A DNA stretch of 64,000 nucleotides from Tubiluchus corallicola (taxonomy: Eukaryota; Animalia; Priapulida), in the NCBI GenBank assembly GCA_030141605.1, contig JAQGDQ010000756.1, forward strand, positions 1 to 64,000. The letters are read 5' to 3'. The position numbers and the translations under genes are program-made. Shown here piece by piece: positions 51,950-64,000 of the stretch; position 1 is the first letter of the stretch; each line of letters starts with the position of its first letter. A model generated the notes under the pieces. It searched no databases. It was not told the origin of the DNA and worked only from the letters and a program-made list of their open reading frames with translations.

Positions 51950-52431
51950 TCATTCTTATCGTCATCATTACCACCACCACCACCATCATCATTATCATCA
52001 TCGTCATCGTCATCATCATCATCGTCATTGTTAATGCAAAAATATCAAAACAACAACAACAGCTGCAGCAATAACAACAGCAGCAACAGTAACAACAACA
52101 ACAACACCACGAAAAACAACAACAACAACAACAAAAGCAACAACAACAGCAACAGTAACTACAACAACAACAACAACAATAATGGCATAAACAACAACAA
52201 CAACAACAACAAAACCAATAACAACAGCAATAACAACAGCAGCAACAACAACAACAACAACAACAGCAAAGCCAATAGCAACAGCAATAACAACAACAAC
52301 AACACCAACACCAACAACACCATCACCAACAACAACAAAAGCAACAACAACAACAACAACAACAACAACAAACAGCAGCAGCAACAACAAACAGCAGCAG
52401 CAACAACAACAACAATAACAACAACAACAGC

Positions 52432-52463
<32 letters not shown>

Positions 52464-52556
52464 ACAGCAGCAGCAACAACAATAACAACAACAACAACAA
52501 CAACAATAACAACAACAACAACAACAACAAACAGCAGCAGCAACAACAACAACAAT

Positions 52557-52651
<95 letters not shown>

Positions 52652-52710
52652 ACAGCAGCAGCAGCAACAACAACAAACAACAGCAGCAACACAACAACAG
52701 CAACAACAAG
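51950..52710. repeat. (CAT)/(CAA/CAG)n microsatellite
   Basis: Direct reading. Confidence 0.95.
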
Positions 52711-53237
52711 GTTTAACGAGCAGTTATTTTGCAGAAAATGTTAATGACAGCATCTGCTGATGATTTAAGCAGACAAGCTGGGAGTTACTGATCCTGTAAA
52801 TTTTCTACTAATGCCATTTGCTATCAGCTTTAATTGCCTCATTAGAGGCTGCTGATCATTAAGAGGAAGATGCAGGGAAGCTGATTAAGCTCTTTTATGC
52901 TCACTTTCAGCAGGTATTTTCACGGGCATTTGAAGGATTTCTCAAAATAATTATTAGCAGGTTGCAAAACACACGTTGTGCAGGAATATTGCAGCCTACT
53001 CACATTGAAGCTGAACGTTGATACGGTTTATGCAGCTTATCTCGTTAGCGCGTGGTATAGCGATACGTCTTCATATCGCTGGAATACAAGAAATAGTGTA
53101 AAGTTCGCTTGTGCCTTGGTTATTCGTTCATTTATTAGACTGTTTGTTTGTCTGTTCATCCATCTGTCCACCATTTGGTAATTTCAAACTTTCCATTGTT
53201 TATTTGAATATTTACTTTGAATAAGAAAGTTTTATAT

Positions 53238-54140
53238 TGCCTTGGTTTACCTTGTCTTACCTTGGTTTACCTTGTCTTACCTTGGTTACCTTGTCTTACC
53301 TTGTCTTACTTCACCTTACCTTACCTTACCTTGTTTTGTCTTATTTTACTTTATCTTACCTTGTCTTACCTTGTCTTACTTTACCTTACCTTACCTTGTC
53401 TTGTCTTACTTTACCTTACCTTACCTTACCTTACCTTACCTTACCTTACCTTACCTTACCTTGCCTTACCTTACCTTACCTTACCTTACCTTACCTTGCC
53501 TCGCCTCACCTTACCTTGCCTTACCTTACCTTACCTTACCTTACCTTACCTTACCTTAACTTATCTTACCTTGCCTTGCCTTGCCTTACCTTACCTTACC
53601 TTACCTTACCTTACCTTACCTTACCTTACCTTGCCTTGCCTCGCCTCACCTTACCTTACCTTACCTTACCTTACCTTACCTTGCCTTGCCTTGCCTCGCC
53701 TCACCTTACCTTACCTTGCCTTGCCTTACCTTATCTTACCTTGCCTTGCCTTGCCTTACCTTACCTTACCTTACCTTACCTTAACTTACCTTACCTTACC
53801 TTACCTTACCTTACCTTACCTTACCTTACCTTACCTTACCTTACCTTACCTTACCTTACCTTGCCTTGCCTTGCCTTGCCTTGCCTTACCTTACCTTACC
53901 TTACCTTATCTTACCTTACCTTGCCTCACCTTACCTTACCTTGCGTTACGTTGCGTTACCTTACCTTACCTTACCTTACCTTACCTTGCCTTACCTTACC
54001 TTACCTTACCTTGCCTCACCTTACCTTACCTTACCTTACCTTACATTACTTTTCCTCACCTCATCTTACCCTAGCTTGTCTCGCCTTACCTTACTATACC
54101 TTACCTTATTTTTCGTTTCATCACCTTACCCTTACCTTAC
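53238..54140. repeat. (CCTTA/CCTTG)n pentanucleotide repeat
   Basis: Direct reading. Confidence 0.95.
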
Positions 54141-54281
54141 AATGCAAGAAATTAGAAAACCATTTTCATAGTTTTACAGTGCAGTCCATTTCTACAATAA
54201 TTATATACGTTTAATTTATACCAGTAATCTTTGCCATAACTATGTTTAATGATACCACATCACAGACTCGTAGTCAATTTA

Positions 54282-54761
<480 letters not shown>

Positions 54762-55371
54762 GAAATGCTCATTTTAATATAAGAAGCAATAGTGACTCAC
54801 GATGCATTACTATAGACATATAACTTGTCTAGCAAATGTTTGTTAAGAGCAAAATGTTTATTATGATCCTGCCATCATAAAACCGCATCTTTGTGTCAGC
54901 TTCTTCATTGAGAGGTTACATAATATCCGCTAATTTGTCCTGATGCGCCGCTATGACGTCATTCAGCACTAATTAGGAGGGGAAATTAATTTCCTTTGGT
55001 CCTCTATACCTTCATTAAGAGTTAACCATGAATTTTGCGTAATTTTCTCTTATGCGCTTGCAAAGCCTTATAGAGAAATCTAATTATAGTTTCCTAGTTT
55101 GCCGTTGGTGGTGCTACTACCGCTGCTGACGTCACTGTTGCTGATTGGTGTTGCTGTTGTTGCCACGCAACAAAAAAATGATACCAAATTGCAAGACGAA
55201 TTTTTTTAGCTTGATTTACAAGCAGTGCTTAAGAGACTTTGAATAATTATTATATTGTGTTTCATCTTAGAGGGAAAGATTCTGGTCCTGCTACAACGAT
55301 AAAGCCTGCCACTTGAGTGTTGTGTTCCACATTGAGAATTGTATATAAAATCTCTGTGACGAAAACTTTAA

Positions 55372-55965
55372 AACAAAACTGGACCAAATCTTAAACTGAA
55401 GGTCAAGCCAATCTACTCTTTCAAATATTGAAAGGAAACATTCTATTTTTTTGAAAAATGACTTAGGTGAAAGAATTATTACCACACAAACACAATTTCA
55501 CGTTCGCCCCACTAGTTCTTCATTGTTACATGCATTTTACCATTTGCTTGTTAGACGGGCACTAGCGCCTGCATTTCGGAAACGTATTACACAAAAACAG
55601 ATACTGTACCTCTCAGTTCAGATGTCTTAGGTTGTGATGTAGTGCACAACTTCGACAGCTCATGCATGAGCACAGTGGTAAATTTGAAATTTGAATTTTT
55701 ATCTTAAAACTCGCCTAGATTTCTTACAGCACACTGAATATCTTTATTTCCTCACGGTAGCACTGTACTTCAATTTTCGCTTTCGCAGAATATTTTTGCT
55801 GTTGAAAGTTATGTTCGTTTGTGATGTCATCAATAGTTGGGCTCGTTCGCCGTTAATTAAGTTTTTAATTTATTATTTAATTATCAGAAACGGTTTTGCC
55901 GTATTATTGGTGTTAAAAAGTATACTTTTTACCTTACTTGAAAATGGGATAGTATACGAAAAATT
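55372..55965 (-). mobile_element. Kolobok-like family B copy, opposite orientation
   Basis: Reverse-complement similarity to 58538..59125 (e.g. ttagacgggcactagcgcctgcatttcg; ccactagttcttc). Confidence 0.65.
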
Positions 55966-56422
55966 GGTTTTTCATTACTGACGAGTAACACAACAATCTC
56001 CAGGCAAACAAACTATACTTAGTGTAAAAGATTTTTTATGTTCCATTAGCTAAAACAGTAAATGCTAGTGCTAGCATGAAAACATGCTAAAATATTTGTG
56101 TCAGCGTTTTGAAATCTCGATATATGCTTCGCGCAGTTTTTTCTATCACGCTTTAGAATCGGCGCAAGTTTTCAGAAGCAGAAAAACAGAAAAACAGACA
56201 CACAAAGAAACCGCTAATAAGCCGCATCAGAGAGTCATCACGGAATTCTTATCACGGTGCAGAAAAACTTGATTAACTGCTACGCTGAGCAACGAAAACG
56301 AAACGACATTGCGAGTTGTCAGATAATAAAATAGAGATTTGCAAGAGGGAAGAACAATTAATACTGATTAGGTGATGTTTCGGTTGTTTCTTTGACAACT
56401 GCTGTTGCCGACGAGGACCGCG

Positions 56423-56950
56423 CAGGGATGACGTCCTGCCAGGATGCGCAGGGATGAGAATTGTCCGCGGAATTCCGAGTTTTTGGAAGACCAGTAGTGC
56501 CATTTTTGTAAACCGTGTGAATTCGTTGAGAAAATTTTTACGGACCCAGTACATTATTTCACAAGCTGACCGCTAGATGGCGGGCGGTCACTTTGTTTAC
56601 TTCACGTACATCAGTGTAACCACGTGTATATCTCTATGTGTAAAAATATAGAATAAATTGTGTGGAGTTATTTGAGTCAATTGCAGACAGTTTTTATATA
56701 CTTTTGCATGGGAGTGGCCAGTACTTAGGCATTTTTGAGACAATTAGGTATCATGTATCCTTGATAGTTGGGTATTTTAAATTATGCATGAAACAAGGTA
56801 ATTGATATTTTAAGTCCAGTATATTCCACTCTATGGTCACAAAATTGCAATTTGTTGCTGGCTCCAAGGGGAGTTTGCCCCTCAACCCATTGGGCCTCAA
56901 AACCACCAGCCTGTTTCAGAGTTTTTTGCAATTTGTCATTCTCATCCCTA
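56423..56950. mobile_element. hAT-like MITE, copy 2 (with a duplicated left terminus)
   Basis: CAGGGATGA occurs at 56423 and again at 56449. Right TIR is TTCTCATCCCTA. Flanks are GGACCGCG / TGACCGCG. Confidence 0.8.
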
Positions 56951-57367
56951 TGACCGCGAACACAGTACAGTAGCTTTTCTTTCTCTGTAAAAATGTGACT
57001 AAAACGGGAAGATGGCGTTAAGTTTGGTTCAAGGTTAAGATTAGGGATCAGGATAGGGATTAGGTGGGGATTAGGGTTGGGGTTAGTCACCCTTTTAGTC
57101 ACTCTTTTTGAAAATTTTATTTTTTATTCAATTCGATTTTTTTATTTCGACGATTTGGTCAGGAATTTTGCTACAAAATAAAAACTCAACAGTTAACTTC
57201 TGGTAAAATTATGCCAGTACATGTTTCTTTGCTCATAATATAATTCAAGGCCTGGCTTCCTCGTGCTTCGCAATGACAAGTAACTGCTGCGCAAGTTATC
57301 GTGAGAAACCTTATAATAGTGTTGACACTTATATTGTTGACAATTTCCAATACAATTTAAATACAGT

Positions 57368-57680
57368 AACCCTAACCCTAATCCTAGCCCTAATCCTAAC
57401 CCTCATCCTAGCCCTAATCCTAACCCTAATCCTAACCCTAATCCTAGCCCTAACCCTAATCCTAGCCCTAGCCCTATCCCATTCCCTAATGCTAATCTTA
57501 AACAAAGCTTAACGTCAACCCTAAGTATAACCCTAACCCTATTCCTAAACCTAATTCTAACCCAACCCCAAATCTAACTCTAACCCTAATTCCAACTCTA
57601 TCCCAATCCTATCCCGATCCCTAATTCTAACCTTAAACCAACCATATCGCCAGCGCTAACCCTAATCATAACCCTAATTC
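57368..57680. repeat. Degenerate (CCCTAA)n telomere-like tract
   Basis: CCCTAA/TCCTAA/CCCTAG hexamers; an inverted partial copy lies at 57012-57087. Confidence 0.8.
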
Positions 57681-57884
57681 CAATCCGCTTCACAAACTAA
57701 TTTCTTGTGTAAACTTTAACCGTATCACGTGTCCACATTTTTCCAGTTGTAAACCTAAGGTCACCGTGTATCGCTTTGGCTACAGTGTGAACAAAGCGCA
57801 TTTATTTTATATAAAATTTTCAAAATAATTCAAAGAATGCTGCAAGTCTCTCAACTAAAAAAGGAATTTTTCAAAATTTTGCTT

Positions 57885-58170
57885 TGTTTACATTGTTTCA
57901 CGTGTTCACTTGTTTAAAATCGTATCCACGTTGCTAACGCGTTGTTGTTCGCGACTATTTTACAATTGTCGTTTTCTTTCGTTTGCGTTCGCGAGATGGC
58001 AGCACAAACATACTTTGGAATGCTCTGTTTACATTGTTTAACGTGTTCACTTGTTTAAAATCGTATCCACGTTGCAAACTCGTTGTTGTTCGCGACTATT
58101 TTACAATTGTCGTTTTCTTTCGTTTGTGTTCGCGAGATGGCAGCACAAACATACTTCGGAATGCTTTGTC
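57885..58170. repeat. Tandem duplication of ~141 bp
   Basis: tgtttacattgttt.acgtgttcacttgtttaaaatcg...gagatggcagcacaaacatactt occurs twice. Confidence 0.9.
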
Positions 58171-58537
58171 GACACGAAGCCTGGAATCGTAGTAATTAGT
58201 GCAGCCCAAAGACTTGCGAGTTAATATAATCGATTGAGTTCATAGAATTGTTACATCAAAAGATTTCCCTTGGTATTTCAGTTAGTTCAAGTCTTGATGA
58301 AAGTAAACGGAAGTGGTGCTGACAAGGCACTGGCGTAGCAGTGTCTAGTTTTTTTCCTGGATTACTGCTGCGTTTACCTGTCTGAAGGCAGATTTCTTTT
58401 ATTTTAGAATTCTGCCTGCTCAATGTCTACAATAGACGTGACGGGCGTACGATGATAATGATGATGATGATGATAATGATGATTGATGAAAGTAAGACGT
58501 TATGTCAAAGTGTTTAAAGATCAGCAACCACAGTTAA

Positions 58538-59125
58538 AGGAAGACAGGATGATTTTTCATATACTATCCCATTTTCAACTCCAGAAGTATACATTTTATC
58601 ATAATTAATACTGCAAAAGCATTTATAATAATTAGATAATCGACTAAAAATTTAATTAACGGCGGGCTAGCCCAAATATTGATGACATCACAAACTAACA
58701 CAATTTTCAACATCAAAAATATTCCACGAGCGTGTTGCACGTGTTTGTGAAAGCGAAAATTGAAGTGCAGTGTTACTGTCAGATATTCAAGTTTTAAGAT
58801 AAAAATTCACATTTCAAATTTACAGTTGCGCTTACGCATCAGTTCTAGAACTTGTGCAGCATATCACAAACTAACACATCTGAACTGAGATGTACAGCAC
58901 CTGTTTGTGTCCAATGCGATTTCGAAATGCAGGCGCTGGTGCCCGTCTAACTAGCAAATGGTGAAATGCATGTAACAGCGAAGAACTAGTGGCGTGAAAT
59001 TGTGTTTGTGTGGTAATAATTCCTTCACAAAAGTCATTTTTGAAAAAAAAACAATACGTTTCTTTTCAATTTTTTGAAGAGTAGATTGTTTTGACCTACA
59101 GTTTAAGATTGGGTCCAGGTTTGCT
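58538..59125 (+). mobile_element. Kolobok-like non-autonomous element, family B
   Basis: TTAA|AGGAAGACAGGATGATT ... GGTCCAGGTTTGCT|TTAA. The 5' end resembles family A but the interior differs. Related copies at 55372-55965 (inverted) and 11830-12128. Confidence 0.7.
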
Positions 59126-61200
59126 TTAAAGCATAAGAAACACCCTTCATAAATAAGGTTTAAAAATTTGTCTTCTTATTTTATGCCACTTGCATGCTGT
59201 CTTATTGCACACAAAGCTTGCTTTAACAGTAACGCAAAGTTCTTTTAGCATGTTTTCATGCAGTAGCAGGAGCATTCACTGTTTGCTGCTGATTAAATAT
59301 AAAAAGTCTCTTACGCTAAAGAGGCGGTCTAGTTTTTTCTGGAGAATATTATGTTACTCGTCATTAAAGTTCTCTCTAAACAGTTTTAAGCTTTTTTATA
59401 CAATTTTCAAACTGGAACCCAACATTTAGTGGCAGGCTTTATCATTGTAGCAGGACCAGAATCTTCCCGTCTAAGATCAAAACACAATATTGTAATTAGT
59501 CGACGCACAAAAACTTCTCGTAAATAAATCTTTAAAAATTCGTCTTGTGGTTTGGTATCAGTTGCATATGGTGTCTTATTGCGCATAGGGTTTGCGTCAG
59601 CAGTACTGCTGTATAAAACTTCGTACAAATGTCTTAAGAAATTTAAACTGCCGTTAGGTGCAATCATTTTTAGAGTGTTTTTGTAACAAGTTTAGATAAC
59701 ATTGGCTAAAAATTTGAAAAAATAATGATAGAGTGATAGGTGGTAAAATTTCTCTATTTCTTTTTTATTTGTTTTTTATTTCTTCTTTTCTTCTGTTCAC
59801 CTTCTTAATTTCAACTTCTTTCACACCAGCATCGTCATTCACACCCACAGACTATCATTTCAAATTTTGAAAGGACAATTTCGTTCGTTTTCAACCAATT
59901 TTCATGTTTAACCAGTATTCAAGTCGACTTTATTTCTCATTCTTTACGCCTAACACGCATTTCTTTGCAATTACAATTCCTCTCACATTGAATAAAAAGT
60001 TTCCATGTCATTCGTCAAGCTACTCACGGTAAATTTGCGCGTGTTATTGCAGCGTGAAAATTTAATGGACTTTACCGAGTGATAATAAAACCGAACTTTG
60101 CCCATAAGATGTGCTTCAACGCTCGCTTTATTATTGGCTTCTTGTCTACAGCTGCTATGAAAATTGGCTTCAATGATTTATTAGAATGAAAATTTCAAAA
60201 ATAAGAGTTTCGTCACGTTTCTCTGGCTGTTGTAAAACGGCTTGTACAGATATTCAAGGTCACGTGAGAAAAACACAAAAAAGTTTCTGACGTTGGGTTG
60301 GTGGCTACAGATGACGAGGATGGCGACGACAATGATGACGATGATGATGATGGAGATGATGCTGATGGCGCTTACGACAATGATGATGGTGGTGATCATG
60401 ATCACGATGACGACGACAACGATGATGATAATGATGATGGTGATGACGACAACGACGACGACGATGATGATGATGACGCGATTTTGCAACCTGTCACTAA
60501 AAAGAAACGCATATTTCGTAGCCATACAGGTTGTTTTAATAATTTCCAATCAGTGTCTCATGTTTGGCTGATTAAAACTAGTTAATAATTAGATGGGCGA
60601 CAGTTTTATTATTACTTGTCTTATTACTGCCGATTATTTCTCTTGTTAAACGAGACCGCGTAACGACCGAATGCGTATTCCGGTTCACTGTTTCATTGTG
60701 GAGGATTAACGTTGACTATGAAAAAGGTGCAGTCCTGCCACACCTAGACATAATCGAAAGGCTCATTACCAAGTGCCTATTATGATTTGCAGAATGGTAT
60801 ATAAGAAGTTGTGATCGCGAGTTTATTTACCACAAAGGCTGTGAGAAAAATGTCTCTGCTTTAAATGAGCCCTCATCCAGTTAATCTACACACCAGCTGT
60901 TGCCTAACTTTTGCACTGCAATGTATAAAATGGTCTGCTACTCCTACGCAAGCTGGTATGTGTTTTTATCGATCGTTTAACGAACACCAGTACATACTCG
61001 TATTATTAGAAATTTCAAAATTAGTTTAGGTTGTAATCAGAAACATGAAATTTCCCGCACGAATTGAGTCATTAGAACAAAATTGTGGTTAATATTCTGA
61101 TTGTAATTTGGCAGACATAAAATTTGCATTTTAATAGACGCTTCAGTTTTCATTAATTTGTTATGAGAGCATTGCTGCGTAGGATGCTGATGAAAAGTTG

Positions 61201-61640
61201 CAATATCATCAGACTGACAAACAATGTGGAGAATTTGACTATTGTACACAATCATAAACAATAACAAGTCAACAATATCATTATACTGACAGACAGGAAC
61301 AAACAATGTAGAGAATTTAACTATTGTACACAATCATAAACAATAACAAGTCAACAATATCATTAGATTGACAGACAAGAACAAACAATGTAGAACATTT
61401 GACTATTGTACACAATCATAAACAATAACAAGTCAGCAATATCATCAGACTGACAGACAGGAACAAACAATGTAGAACATTTGACTATTGTACACAATCA
61501 TAAACAATAACAAGTCAACAAATCATTAGATTGACAGACAGCAACAAACAATGTAAAGCATTTAACTATTGTACACAATCACAAACAATAACAAGTCAAC
61601 AATATCATCAGACTGGCAAACAGCAACAAACAATGTGGAG

Positions 61641-61705
<65 letters not shown>

Positions 61706-61706
61706 G
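61201..61706. repeat. 82-bp tandem repeat (~5 copies) followed by (GA)n
   Basis: ACTATTGTACACAATCATAAACAATAACAAGTCAACAATATCA recurs at ~82-bp spacing. Confidence 0.9.
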
Positions 61707-62913
61707 GGGGGGAGGAAGACTATAGTTCGCTTATCACTTTCTTTTGAAAGATATATTTCTAATGTAAATAAGTTATGAATGATGATTTTTTAATGTGACG
61801 TTAAAAGCTGAATAAACAAATGACAGGCCTAGGTAAGAGTTAATGACAGAAGATTATACACAGACCAACATCTATCAATCACAAAACCGGAACAGGATGT
61901 TATTAACACTGACTGCTGACGTCACACAGCAACGAGTATAATTTGCTTAGCAATTAAGGGGCACTTACTAAACTGGAAGCCGCTGACAGTTAAGCTGCAG
62001 TTACACCAGGAAAACAGTTATCCAATACTTTAACCAGCTGGCGCACGTGCGGGGTGCTAATTAACAGCGTTTAACGAACGCGTGACGTCAACAAAAACGA
62101 TACGTCACGTACATTTTTCATCCAATGACAGACTGACAAGACAGCAGTTAGCCATATGTGGAATCTTAAAAAACTAGAAAGAAGCAATGTGGGCGAAGCT
62201 TTGCGAATGGGTTTGATACGAGTCTAAAATGACACAAAAATTGAAGAACTGACGACAACAAAAATGAAAAGTCACGTACATTTTCATCCACTGACCGCCT
62301 GACAGAAGAGCCTCCGCTATATTTAATTACCACAAAAATTAGGAAGAAGCAATGTGGGCGAAGCTTTGTTAATGGATTTGATACCATTTTAATGGATATG
62401 AGATTAAGAATGACAAAAATGATTACTGCTCTCACACAGAAAGACACATGAAAAAATCACTGCAGGCATATAGCATTTTTGTTTTTTCTTCAGAAAATAT
62501 TTAAGACAAAGATGTCTTCCTAGATAGCATTCACGTTCTCAGGCTTGCTAACTTTTTCATTTTTCTTCTCATTTTTTCATTTTCTGTTCGTTTATTATCC
62601 CAAAAACGAGTTTAATAGATGGCGCCACCAATGCTGGCCGTAGCGTGTTAAGGGTAAAACTTGTTGCCAAGATTAAGAAACGTATCCCGGGGGCTTAGTC
62701 TAACTAGAGAAAGATGTCACCTTTACTAATTAGACTGCTGAGACTAATTAAATTCTAATTCATAGTGACAGCGGCTGACTCTATTGCTTAGTTGATAACA
62801 ATAGTGTGACAACTGTAACGAAAGGTATTTAATCTCCGGAAGTTATATAGGATGTGCTCCGGTAAGAGGAAAGCCTAGATCATTATGACGCTTCAAAGCA
62901 ACTTTTTCGCTTT

Positions 62914-63280
62914 TGTTGTGGAGATCGGTGGCATCTATTAGAATTAAATAGAACATTGTAGAATGTTCCATTAAAATAATCGTCTTACCGTGTGGAATGT
63001 TCTGGAACAAAACTTCTAGAAGCTTCTCAGGCACGCTATACAAGGCGAAGCAGGCCGCTGAAACACACGCTGATTCACACGGACGCCACTTACACATTCT
63101 CTTGTATACTTGTATTTTCAGATACACTCAAACGTTTTCCAGATTTTCACGTTTAGTGTAATCATTTCACGTTCCTTCATACTTTTGTGTTTTAGAATTC
63201 TCGCTTAATAAACTAGTTTAATTTGACGAAGTGTTTTCTGGTTTTCTCTACGAGCCTTCCGAGAGAAACAAAACACAACA
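62914..63280 (+). mobile_element. LTR of the same family, no TSD
   Basis: TGTTGTG...CACAACA termini, colinear with 22976-23345, contains AATAAA. The flanks GCTTT and TGTAA differ. Confidence 0.85.
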
Positions 63281-64000
63281 TGTAAAAACTTGCGTTTCTG
63301 TTTATCAACGCTTCATTCGTTTGAGGTCAAGTTGACCCAAGTTTTCAAGACGAGTTTGTCATAATTGATTTCGTTTTGGCCTTGAGTGATTTGTTGTCTA
63401 GCTGAGTTGATTATTATTATTTGATTATTCTAGCCTTGTCAAAGCACACCCTTTTAGTTTAGTACTGAGTTCTAAAAATCAATAAAATAATCGATAAACA
63501 TTTTAACGCGTCGCTTTACCACGTTACCGAACGGGGAAATAAAATTATATGAAAAGTTTGATTGATTAAGTTATTGATTCATAGATGGCGCCTGTCCTGT
63601 CCACGTGCTCAGGAATTTGACAAAAAACGACATTGCTCTAATGCATATCGACAGGCGGCCCTGTCACAAGTAGCGTACGAAGCACTTGCCTTTGTTGTTG
63701 ATGTTAGCATTCGATGAAGCCAGTCAGTGTTCCCCGGAGGAGCAGTTTGGCGTCGGGAGTTTCTCTCTGTCGTGTGTGCGTGTGTGCATACGCGCGGCGG
63801 AAGTGGACGCTGCGACCGTGAAACATGAAATATTACATAATCGATATGAGCACGTGGTGGTTGTTGTGTGCTTGCTGTGCAAATCAGGCCTAAGCGCTCT
63901 TAATGAAATGTACGTAAGTGGATGAAAGCAGCGGGGAAAAAAACCACAGAAAGCTTTTAGCGTTGAAACACTTACGTCGTGTAGTTAGTGGTGAAAGAGG

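Noticed and set aside
53238-54140. (CCTTA)n as arthropod telomere repeat, and the 285/325-aa LTLPY ORFs
   Set aside because: The telomeric TTAGG complement is CCTAA, not CCTTA. The ORFs are translations of a stop-free pentamer.
60298-60585. Asp-rich ORF with KKKR as an acidic nuclear protein
   Set aside because: It is mostly a (GAT/GAC)n tract, with no clear flanking splice sites or recognisable domain.

Overview
AT-rich, repeat-dense eukaryotic (invertebrate animal-like) genomic DNA with spliceosomal introns. Two protein-coding genes are supported. (1) The 3' part of a SPATA1-like gene on +: eight phase-compatible GT-AG exons from 77 to a stop at 12416, plus a possible duplicated micro-exon. 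(2) An intronless 813-aa ORF (19361..21802, +) that fuses about 8 ankyrin repeats to a cGAS/Mab21-type nucleotidyltransferase with an apparently intact GS/E-x-D/D catalytic core. This ankyrin-cGLR candidate innate-immune sensor is the highlight of the window. The rest is mostly non-autonomous mobile elements and tandem repeats. The mobile elements are Kolobok-, hAT-, Tc1/mariner- and Helitron-type elements, two related solo LTRs, RTE and CR1/L2 3' fragments, a 5S-headed insertion and tRNA-derived pieces. The tandem arrays have units of 16, 29, 30, 52, 55, 58, 59, 67, 69, 82, 89 and 153 bp, alongside many microsatellites. Most ORFs in the supplied track are repeat artefacts. Family assignments rest on motif recognition by eye; no database search was run.
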